Below are positions 24,857 through 32,617 of a DNA stretch of 32,617 nt, one piece after another; positions within the stretch are counted from its first letter, which is position 1; each line of letters opens with the position of its first letter. The position numbers and the translations under genes are program-made. The notes under the pieces are model-generated. The model was not told the DNA's origin and made no database searches. It was given only the letters and a program-made list of their open reading frames with translations. This DNA is from a virus (lineage: Duplodnaviria; Caudoviricetes): IMG/VR virus record IMGVR_UViG_3300032226_000012, positions 1-32,617 of that record, one strand, 5' to 3'.

Positions 24857-26604
24857 ATTATTCCCGACGCCAGCTTGAAGCATTTGGTGAACCACTTGGT
24901 GAATCCGTTACCCGGCTGAAGCCCGGTGGGCGTGTCTATGGCGGTGGCGGCGGTGGCCCATCGAGTACAACAGTTAACCAGTCAAACATCCCTGACTGGC
25001 TGCGTCCTCAAGTTGAGCAAGTGCTTGGCGGTGCGACCAAAGAGTTGTTTAAGACAACCCAAACTGGTGTTGATAAAGATGGCAAGCCCATTTACGACAT
25101 CACGGGCACCAAGGATTTCACGCCCTACAGTACCGACCCATCCAAGTACGTAGCGGGGTTTAGCCCTTTACAGACACAAGTTCAGAAAAACGCTGCCAAC
25201 TTGCAGATGCCCGGCCAGTTCAATCAGGCCACCGGGCTTGCTAACGCCGCAGGACAAGGCGGCATGCAGTCTGCCCAACAAGCTCTTGGCTACGGAAATG
25301 CTGGGTTTCAGTCGGGCCAGCAAGGGCAGCAACTGGGTATCCAAGGTGGCCAAATGTACGGCCAAATGGGTGCTGGTTACGGCCAACAAGGCGCAAATCT
25401 TGGCATACAAGGCGGTCAGTATTACGGTGGCCAAGGCGCTGGATATGGCTCACAAGCCGCTGGTTTAGCGGGCCAAGCCCAAAGCTACGGTCAGAATGCC
25501 TCTGACATTGGCTTGATGGGCCTTCGCGCAGAGCAGTATGGCCGGAATATTTCTAGTCAAGCAGAAGACTATGCCGCACAGGCAGCACGCGCAGGTAGTG
25601 ATTACGGCTATTTAATGCGTACACCTGCGGAGATGCAGAAGTACATGAGTCCGTATCAGTCTGCTGTAACTGATATCCAGCTAGAAGGCGCGCAACGCCA
25701 AGCCGATATTGCTGCGCAAACACGCAAGTCTCAAGCCGCTCGTGCAGGTGCTTATGGTGGTGCCCGTCAGGCTATTGAGAACGCTGAAGCTAACCGCGCA
25801 TTGGCATCCCAGAAGGACGCCATCCGTGCACAAGGCTTGCAGTCTGCCTACGACAGAGCACAGCAAGCTATTCAAGCGGGCATGGGGTACGAATTGCAAG
25901 GTGTGGGTGCGGCCAATCAAAGTCTTGGCACGGCGCTTCAAGGCGGTCAACTTGGTTTGTCCGGCATTGGCCAAGCTATGCAGGGTCAGCAAGCAGGTCT
26001 GCAAGGTCTGTCTACAGCCAACCAACTCTACGGCACGGGTATCCAAGGCGCAGGCATGGGCTTGCAGGGGGTTAATGCGCAACTGGCGGGAACCGCGCAG
26101 GGTATGCAGGGTGCTCAAGTTGGTCTGCAAGGTGTGGATCGCCAATTGGCTGGTACAGCTCAAGGCATGCAGGGTGCTCAAGTTGGCCTTCAAGGTGTGA
26201 CGGGTGCTCAAGCGGGTTACGGTCTGGCCAATCAGGCAGCATCAAACCTGTCCAATATCGGCACGGCGCAATTGGGCGCACAGACTGGCATCCTCGGGTT
26301 GCAGAACCAAATTGGTGCGCAACAACAAGACCGAGAGCAGCAGATCATCAACCAAGCCATTCAGAACTATGCGAACCAGCAGAATGCGCCAATGGACTCG
26401 CTTAACCAGTTCAACGCTTTGTTGCGTGGTTACGCTCTGCCCGGTACAACTACAACGCAGTATCAAGCCCAAGCAAATCCGTTGTCTCAAATTGTAGGCG
26501 CGGGGTCCACCATTTACGGCGCGTCCCAGCTTGCTAAGAAGAAGAAGGGCGGCACCGTGCGCTCTGGCATTTCCGACTTGGCTCTGTACAAAGCGATGCA
26601 CTAA
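24853..26604 (+). CDS. Putative DNA ejection (pilot) protein, Gln/Gly/Ala-rich
   Basis: Leader then GGGGGGPSSTT, YMSPYQ..V, AGAYGGARQAI, long 7/21-residue GxQGAQ repeats, basic C-terminus. Confidence 0.7.
   Translation: MNYSRRQLEAFGEPLGESVTRLKPGGRVYGGGGGGPSSTTVNQSNIPDWLRPQVEQVLGGATKELFKTTQTGVDKDGKPIYDITGTKDFTPYSTDPSKYVAGFSPLQTQVQKNAANLQMPGQFNQATGLANAAGQGGMQSAQQALGYGNAGFQSGQQGQQLGIQGGQMYGQMGAGYGQQGANLGIQGGQYYGGQGAGYGSQAAGLAGQAQSYGQNASDIGLMGLRAEQYGRNISSQAEDYAAQAARAGSDYGYLMRTPAEMQKYMSPYQSAVTDIQLEGAQRQADIAAQTRKSQAARAGAYGGARQAIENAEANRALASQKDAIRAQGLQSAYDRAQQAIQAGMGYELQGVGAANQSLGTALQGGQLGLSGIGQAMQGQQAGLQGLSTANQLYGTGIQGAGMGLQGVNAQLAGTAQGMQGAQVGLQGVDRQLAGTAQGMQGAQVGLQGVTGAQAGYGLANQAASNLSNIGTAQLGAQTGILGLQNQIGAQQQDREQQIINQAIQNYANQQNAPMDSLNQFNALLRGYALPGTTTTQYQAQANPLSQIVGAGSTIYGASQLAKKKKGGTVRSGISDLALYKAMH
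26044..26199 (+). repeat. Imperfect 63-bp (21-aa) coding repeat
   Basis: QGAGMGLQGVNAQLAGTAQGM / QGAQVGLQGVDRQLAGTAQGM / QGAQVGLQGV. Confidence 0.8.
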
Positions 26605-26613
26605 GGAAAAATC

Positions 26614-28347
26614 ATGAGTCTCAATAGTCTTCAAGACAACATGTCCCGCCGTGCCGCATCAATGGCGGCAATGGCTAAACGCGCCACCAACCCCCAAGAG
26701 ATTCAGGCCATCCAAAAGAGTCTTGTGGCAGGTGTCCAGAACGGTTCGATCCAACCGTATATTGGCATTCCCTTGATCCAAGACTTGACCAAGAAGATGA
26801 CTGAGGCCAAAGCCAAGATGGCCCAAGCTATGACTGGTGCGGGGGTGCAGCAGCCACAAGGTGAGCAAGGTGCTCCGATTGCCCAGCAGATCATGCAGCA
26901 AGCTGCCCAAGAAAGCCAAGGCGTTGAGGCTTTGCCATCCAACCTGCCGCAAGAGTATGCAGGCGGGGGCATCATCGCGTTTGAAGAAGGCGGACCTGTT
27001 GAGCGGTTCCAAGTTGGTGGACAGCCAAAGTACGAGACCCCATACGACCGGATGAACCGTTTGAATCGTGAAGCGGCAGAACGTGCTGCTGCGGAACGCG
27101 AAGCGCAGGCCAGAGAACAAGGCATCATGCCCTACGGCCAACAGATGTCCAACGTAGGTAGCTTCTTGGGTAGTATCCCAATGAACGCCGTGAAGACACT
27201 GGTAAGCGCCCCCGGCTATGGGTTCAATAAAGACACCCCGCCTACCGCTACTCCTGCGGCTGTAAACAAAGACCTCGGCCCTGTACCCGGCACAACCGAG
27301 AAAGACGTTTTGGGTGGGCGTCCAACTGATGGTGCTGGGATCACTGCCCTGCCCGGTGTTGGTCGTGCGCCTGCTGCCGCCCCCGCCGGAGTAGCAAGTC
27401 TTGGCCAAGGGCCTTTGAACATACCCACAAAACCCAAGTACGAGAAGTCACTTGAGCAGACTGCCCGAGACGAGTTTGCAGGTTTGGGTGCGCGTTCGGA
27501 TACCCGCATTGACGAGCTTGTTGCCGCGCAGTCCAAGAACAAGATGGAAGGCAAAGCCTTTGACGGCCTGAAGAAGACGTTGGAGGAAGAAGCTGCCCAA
27601 GCTGGCATTGAGAAATCTGATGCCAAGGCTATGGCTATCTTTAAAGCGGGTCTGGCAATAATGTCTGGCACCTCGCGCAACGCGCTGGAGAACATTGGCA
27701 AGGGCGCTATGACTGGCGCAGAAGACTACCAACGCGCCGCTGCCGACCTGAAGAAGGCTGACAAAGAGCGCCAGAAACAGTTTGCTGCTATTGAGGAAGC
27801 ACGCCGTGCGGAAGACCGCGACGATGTGAAGACCCGCAACGCCCAGTTGGACAAAGCCTACACGGCCAAGCAGCGTCAGGATGAGTTGGGTATTGCCGCC
27901 ATCATGGCAGGTACTGGCAAAGACCGCGATACTGCGACCGAACTTTGGAAGACCGAGTACAGCGGAGCTAAAACCATTGAAGCTGCCAAGATTGGTGCAG
28001 GAGCTACGCTGGGTGCTGCTCAGATTGGTGCTGACTCCCGTCTCCAAGCTGCTGAACTCAAAAATGCTTTGTTAGCTGGTGGTGGCGGTAAGGGTGCTTT
28101 GACCCAAGACCAATTGATCAAAAACCGCCAGACTATTGCCGAGTCCCCACAGATTGCTGCATTCAAGAAACAGCTTGTGGACCAGTACGGGAAGAACGTA
28201 GTGAACCAGCCGGGCTACCAAGATGCAGTCAACAAACAAATTGACCAACTCCTGATGCAACTGTCTGCACAACCCGGCGCTTCTATGGGATTTAATATGA
28301 CGCCTGCGCAACAATCGCTGGTCAGCAAGTACCTGAACCCACGATAA
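26614..28347 (+). CDS. Putative ejection/internal virion protein
   Basis: TAAGGA RBS; helical Ala/Gln/Lys-rich; YAGGGIIAFEEGG..FQVGG; KAGLAIMSGTS..ALENIGKGA. Confidence 0.7.
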   Translation: MSLNSLQDNMSRRAASMAAMAKRATNPQEIQAIQKSLVAGVQNGSIQPYIGIPLIQDLTKKMTEAKAKMAQAMTGAGVQQPQGEQGAPIAQQIMQQAAQESQGVEALPSNLPQEYAGGGIIAFEEGGPVERFQVGGQPKYETPYDRMNRLNREAAERAAAEREAQAREQGIMPYGQQMSNVGSFLGSIPMNAVKTLVSAPGYGFNKDTPPTATPAAVNKDLGPVPGTTEKDVLGGRPTDGAGITALPGVGRAPAAAPAGVASLGQGPLNIPTKPKYEKSLEQTARDEFAGLGARSDTRIDELVAAQSKNKMEGKAFDGLKKTLEEEAAQAGIEKSDAKAMAIFKAGLAIMSGTSRNALENIGKGAMTGAEDYQRAAADLKKADKERQKQFAAIEEARRAEDRDDVKTRNAQLDKAYTAKQRQDELGIAAIMAGTGKDRDTATELWKTEYSGAKTIEAAKIGAGATLGAAQIGADSRLQAAELKNALLAGGGGKGALTQDQLIKNRQTIAESPQIAAFKKQLVDQYGKNVVNQPGYQDAVNKQIDQLLMQLSAQPGASMGFNMTPAQQSLVSKYLNPR

Positions 28348-28372
28348 TCACGGCAGTACATAAGGAATCAGT

Positions 28373-31300
28373 ATGGATTTGGCACGTGTCCTCCAAGCGT
28401 TAAAAAATGCGGACGCAGCGGGGGATACAGCCGCTGCCCAGCAACTGGCGCAACTTGCGCAGCAAATGTCGCAGCCAGCCAAGGCCCCAGTCCCCGAGTT
28501 CAAACGGGACTACACCACGGGGGAGATGCTGTCTAAGGCGGTTACCCGTGGGGCCAAACAACTTGGCTCTGCATTTGGTGACGTGCTTCCTGCTATGGGG
28601 GCAAGTGCGCTTGGGTTTGACGAGTACGCCCAACGCCAGATGGGTGAAGCTGCTGACACGCAGGCTGAGATCGAGCGGAACTACGCCCCTCAATACCGTG
28701 GCACACAAGACGTAACTGGGTTGGGTAGTGCCTTGGGCTTTGGCCTTGAGACTATTGCCGAGCAGGTTCCCAACATCGCCACTGCGCTGGTCCCCGGTCT
28801 GGGTGCTGGTGCTATTGCCGCTCGTGCAGGTGCTGGCCTTGCTGGTCGGGCTGCTGCTGTCAACGCAGGTACGTTCCTTGGGTCTTACTCACAGACGGCC
28901 CCAGAAGTTTTTCAGAACATCTACGAGACCACAGGCAAGATGGAGCCGGGCGTTTCCGCTTTGTTTGGCGCTGGCTCCGCTGCACTGGACTCCATTCTCC
29001 CTGCACAGTTGGCCAAGAGCATCACAGGCCCACTCAAGGTAGGCATCATCGAGAAAGTGCTGGAGAAATCCGGCATGGACAAGGGCCTGTTGCGCTCTGT
29101 GACCGCTGGCATGGCCAAAGGTGTGGGCGGCGAAGGTCTGACTGAGGGTGCACAAGAAGGCATCAACATCGCCGCTGAACGGTTTGTTGCCGAGAACCCA
29201 GAAGTGTTTGGCAGCAAGGAATGGGACCGCATCATGCAGTCCGCTGTCAAAGGCGCGATTGCCGGTGGTGCATTTGGTACTGCCGGTGGGGGCATAGAAG
29301 CTGGTCGGGCCGCAGCCCAGCGCCGTGAAGAGTATGCCCAAGCCTTGGAAAAACGTGGCGACCGCCAAGCTGCTGCCGAAGTGCGCCGTCAAAGCGCCGA
29401 GATCGAGGCCGCACAAGCACAGGACCCACAACAGTCACTGCCCGGTTTTGAGATGGGGCCTGCCACGGGGTTGATGCCCACTGCTGAACCGACAGAAGTG
29501 CAGAGTAAATCTCCTAAGAGCACACAGGCAGAGATGTTTACGGCTGAAGGTGAGCTGGCTCCCGGCATGACCAAGCTGGCCGACAAGGACACCAAAGCCG
29601 CTGCCAACCGTGAACGTCAGGCGCAGCAACGTGAAGCTGCCCAGATCAAGGCAGACCAGAAGGCGCTCAAGGATGCACTGGCTGGGCTGACCGCGACCCC
29701 CACAGATTTGGTGAGTTTGGCCAAAGCGCCGCCTCCAATTCAGCAGACCATCATGCAGGCTCAGGGCGAAATGGATACCCTCGCTGCCAAACGTGGCCCA
29801 AAGGTACAATCTGCGCCCCCCATACAAGCTCAACCTACAACAACTCCTACAGTGACGCCCCCCGCGCCTGTGGTTGAGCCCGTAGTTGAGCCCGTAGTTG
29901 AGCCCGTAGTTGAGCCCGTAGTTGAGCCTGTGGCTGAATCCACCGTGATCGGTGCGGACAAGGATGGCCTGAAGGCATTTGGGAAGACGTTTGGGATTGG
30001 CCCCACAGCCAGAATACTGCGGGCAGATGGCCCGTTGGCTGGCAAAGACATTTCTGATCCCGCGCAGGCTGCTGAAGTCCGTGCGGTGTTAGAGGCATAC
30101 GCATCCGGCAAACCTGCCGTGGGTGCAGCCGAGAAGATCGAAGCATATCTGAAACGACCAGAGTTTCAAGGAGCCCAAAATGTTGCAGGACCTGTCACAG
30201 AACCAGTTGGAGCAAGCCCTGAGTTGGCTGGCGAACCCGGACCTATTGCAGCGCCCGGACCCGTTGAAGCACCTGAACGAGGTGGAATGGTTCCTGCTGG
30301 ACAACCTGCTGAGTACCCTGCTGGCGGAGAAGGACAGCAGCCCAGTTCATTAACTGAAGAAGGAGCCCCAAGTGGCGTTGAAACCCCTGAAGCCATCCAA
30401 GCAGAAACGCAAGGACAAGAACCAGCCGTTGCCGAGCCCATTGGAAAGCGTGCAGCCACAGACATAAAGAAGGCTGAGAAAGGCCGCATCGAAGCCAAGC
30501 GTGAGCAGAACGAGTTCATCGCCAGCAACGACCAGCGGGTTGACGACCTCCTGACTGGGCGCTTGCGTGCACTGGGTAAGGAAGCTGGCCTGCGTGCCAA
30601 AGACCTACCGTCTGAGAAGTACCGCGACACCGAAGCGCACAAAATGCTGCGCCTGCCCGGCTTGTTCAACGAGTTCTTCCGCTTGCAAGGTGTTGTGGCC
30701 AAGGCACAGGAGCCCAACCAGAAGGCCAAGAACGAACAGAGTCTCAAGCAGATCACTGATGCGATTGCCGCTGCTGATCCAAACGCCAACCAGATGCTGG
30801 GTGCTTTGCGTCAGATGTCCACCCAACAACGGGACACGCTCATCTCGCAGATGAACAAACAAGGCTTTGAGGCGTTTGAAGCTGAAGCCAAGGCACGGGT
30901 CGCTGCCATCAAGCAAGAGAAAGCCGAAAGCCGTACCGAAGCTGATACGGCACAGGAGATTGGCGACGAGGAGTTGGAGGCACTGGCCAACACGTTCAAC
31001 GAGCGTTTCTTCCAAGAGACTGGCAAGCGCATCTTCCTGCCCAAGTTTGTTGGCCCTGAGTTCGACAACACCGACCGCGAGTTGGCTGCGCAAGGCAACG
31101 GCAACGCCCTGCTGCGCAACATGATTGACCAGACCAGCAGCCCCGCTATCAAGCACGTGCTGCGCAAGTTGCGTTCGTTGAACCTGACCACCAAGATCGT
31201 GGTCGGCCCTGTTGAGGGCAACCGTTCTGGCTCCTACGATCCAGCTACCGACACGATCACGCTGAGTCCTGAGTTTGGTTTGAACGCACACACGTTCATC

Positions 31301-32617
31301 CACGAGTACACGCACGCTGCTATCTCCAAGGTGTTGGCCAACCCCAACCACCCACTGACAAAGCAGTTCGTCAAGTTCTTCAACCAGATGCAAGATCGAC
31401 TGGGCGCTGCGTACGGTGCACAAGACCTGCAAGAATTCGCCGCTGAGTTGGTGGGCAACCCTGAGTTCCAAGCGGTGCTCAAGTCCATCAAGACCCCGCG
31501 CAGCGAGAGCATGTTCAAGCGCATCATGCAGTCCATCGCTGAGTTCTTCGGGTTCCAGAAGTCTGCCTACGACACGGGCCTCAACTTCATCAATGATGCG
31601 ATAGACATCTCCGGCGACGTGGAAGCAAACGCTGCTGACAAGATGTTCCAAGGTATGGGTGACTTCAAGGCTGTGTCCAACATCGGCAACGCCATGCCTC
31701 GTCTCGCTGGCGATATGATCGACCGCACCCGCAACGTCTTGTCCAACGCACGTGAGTCGGGTATTGCTCAAGCAGCCTTCGGTCTGTTGCGCCTTGACAA
31801 CATCAACACCCTGTACAAGAAAGAGCTGCCGTCCATCCAGACGCTGCTCAATGCGTTGGAAAAACGCAACGGTATGCAGGAAGCGATGATCAAGGGCATC
31901 AACACCAAGTACAAAGACATGGTGGCGGTGCAGCAGAAGTACCCCCAAGCTATGAAGCGGGTCAACGACATCGCCATCGACGCACGTCTGAAGGCGGTAG
32001 ACATCCTCGACCCCAACTTTAAGCCAACCCCCGGCAACATCAACGACTACCAGAACCTCAAGCAAGCGTTCAGCACGCTGCCCAAAGAGGTGCGGGACGT
32101 GTACCGTACCATCCGCAAGGACTACGAGAACTCCCTCGATGCGTATGAGAAGGTGCTGTTGGATGCCGCTGGCGGTGTGTCTCCATCTTTGGCTAAACGT
32201 CTTACTCTACAGTTCCAGACCCGCAAGCGCGTAGTCGGCTACGTGCCGTTCTTGCGCCAAGGCGACTTCTGGGTTGAGTATGCTGACCCTGCAACAGGTG
32301 AGCGCACAGCCACTTCGTTTGAGTCGTTCCGCCAGCGCCAGCAGTTCACTGACCAGATGCTTGCACCCAAGGGCATCCAGTTTAAGAACTACCAGAACTT
32401 GCAGGACATCCGGTTCAGCGGTGAGAGCTTGCCTCCTACCCACTTCTTGGCTGAAGTGATGACTGGATTGAAGAAGCAAGGCGCATCACAGGCACAGATC
32501 GACAGCGTGTACCAGTCGTACCTGACGCTGTTCCCCGGCGAGTCCATCGTCAAGCAGTTCATGAAGTCCAAGAACGTGCTGGGTATGGACCGCGATATTG
32601 TCCGTGGCTACGGTGAC
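28373..32617 (+). CDS. Giant ejection/polyvalent protein with a zincin metallopeptidase motif, 3'-truncated (at least 1415 aa)
   Basis: TAAGGA RBS and ATG at 28373 (MDLARVLQALKNADAAGD...). The start, PVVE repeat, HExxH segment and window end all read in one frame. GSYDPATDTITL..TFIHEYTHAA (HExxH at 31301-31315), then QDLQEFAAE. Confidence 0.8.
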   Translation, partial: MDLARVLQALKNADAAGDTAAAQQLAQLAQQMSQPAKAPVPEFKRDYTTGEMLSKAVTRGAKQLGSAFGDVLPAMGASALGFDEYAQRQMGEAADTQAEIERNYAPQYRGTQDVTGLGSALGFGLETIAEQVPNIATALVPGLGAGAIAARAGAGLAGRAAAVNAGTFLGSYSQTAPEVFQNIYETTGKMEPGVSALFGAGSAALDSILPAQLAKSITGPLKVGIIEKVLEKSGMDKGLLRSVTAGMAKGVGGEGLTEGAQEGINIAAERFVAENPEVFGSKEWDRIMQSAVKGAIAGGAFGTAGGGIEAGRAAAQRREEYAQALEKRGDRQAAAEVRRQSAEIEAAQAQDPQQSLPGFEMGPATGLMPTAEPTEVQSKSPKSTQAEMFTAEGELAPGMTKLADKDTKAAANRERQAQQREAAQIKADQKALKDALAGLTATPTDLVSLAKAPPPIQQTIMQAQGEMDTLAAKRGPKVQSAPPIQAQPTTTPTVTPPAPVVEPVVEPVVEPVVEPVVEPVAESTVIGADKDGLKAFGKTFGIGPTARILRADGPLAGKDISDPAQAAEVRAVLEAYASGKPAVGAAEKIEAYLKRPEFQGAQNVAGPVTEPVGASPELAGEPGPIAAPGPVEAPERGGMVPAGQPAEYPAGGEGQQPSSLTEEGAPSGVETPEAIQAETQGQEPAVAEPIGKRAATDIKKAEKGRIEAKREQNEFIASNDQRVDDLLTGRLRALGKEAGLRAKDLPSEKYRDTEAHKMLRLPGLFNEFFRLQGVVAKAQEPNQKAKNEQSLKQITDAIAAADPNANQMLGALRQMSTQQRDTLISQMNKQGFEAFEAEAKARVAAIKQEKAESRTEADTAQEIGDEELEALANTFNERFFQETGKRIFLPKFVGPEFDNTDRELAAQGNGNALLRNMIDQTSSPAIKHVLRKLRSLNLTTKIVVGPVEGNRSGSYDPATDTITLSPEFGLNAHTFIHEYTHAAISKVLANPNHPLTKQFVKFFNQMQDRLGAAYGAQDLQEFAAELVGNPEFQAVLKSIKTPRSESMFKRIMQSIAEFFGFQKSAYDTGLNFINDAIDISGDVEANAADKMFQGMGDFKAVSNIGNAMPRLAGDMIDRTRNVLSNARESGIAQAAFGLLRLDNINTLYKKELPSIQTLLNALEKRNGMQEAMIKGINTKYKDMVAVQQKYPQAMKRVNDIAIDARLKAVDILDPNFKPTPGNINDYQNLKQAFSTLPKEVRDVYRTIRKDYENSLDAYEKVLLDAAGGVSPSLAKRLTLQFQTRKRVVGYVPFLRQGDFWVEYADPATGERTATSFESFRQRQQFTDQMLAPKGIQFKNYQNLQDIRFSGESLPPTHFLAEVMTGLKKQGASQAQIDSVYQSYLTLFPGESIVKQFMKSKNVLGMDRDIVRGYGD
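29867..29938 (+). repeat. Coding tandem repeat, 12-bp unit (PVVE)
   Basis: CCCGTAGTTGAG x4 exact, flanked by CCTGTGGTTGAG and CCTGTGGCTGAA. Confidence 0.95.

Noticed and set aside
30605-32065. 486-aa minus-strand ORF and other short ORFs after 28400
   Set aside because: Shadows or alternative frames of the giant + strand ORF starting at 28373.
1-32617. tRNA, rRNA, integrase, IS elements or stop-codon reassignment
   Set aside because: No such signatures seen; the window is almost fully coding under the standard code, and TAA, TGA and TAG all end genes.

Overview
The window is the late (virion morphogenesis) region of a tailed dsDNA phage. Every credible gene is on the + strand, tightly packed, with AAGGAG-type ribosome-binding sites. 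The layout is podovirus-like: 5'-truncated scaffold-like gene, Mu gpT-family major capsid gene followed by a terminator and a structured RNA (probably the Mu-gpT-DE motif), a cluster of small Lys-rich proteins, head-tail adaptors with an inserted HNH endonuclease, modular tail/fibre genes (FN3 plus Gly-rich domains), a 2OG-Fe(II) oxygenase, a lysis cassette (GH108 endolysin and two holin-type genes), a tail nozzle, then putative ejection proteins with a GNAT-like gene among them. The last gene is an ORF of at least 1415 codons with a HExxH zincin motif; it runs off the window and is absent from the supplied ORF track. The most interesting signals suggest a virion-protein addressing and processing system: a conserved N-terminal leader shared by otherwise unrelated ejection-region proteins next to the GNAT-like gene, and a recurring hydrophobic-x-x-G-G tag in eight proteins. 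Other notable points are an HNH gene flanked by a 7-bp duplication that rebuilds a gene overlap, a hairpin-split ribosome-binding site, and Cys substitutions in the fibre proteins. All family assignments come from motif recognition and gene order; no searches were run.
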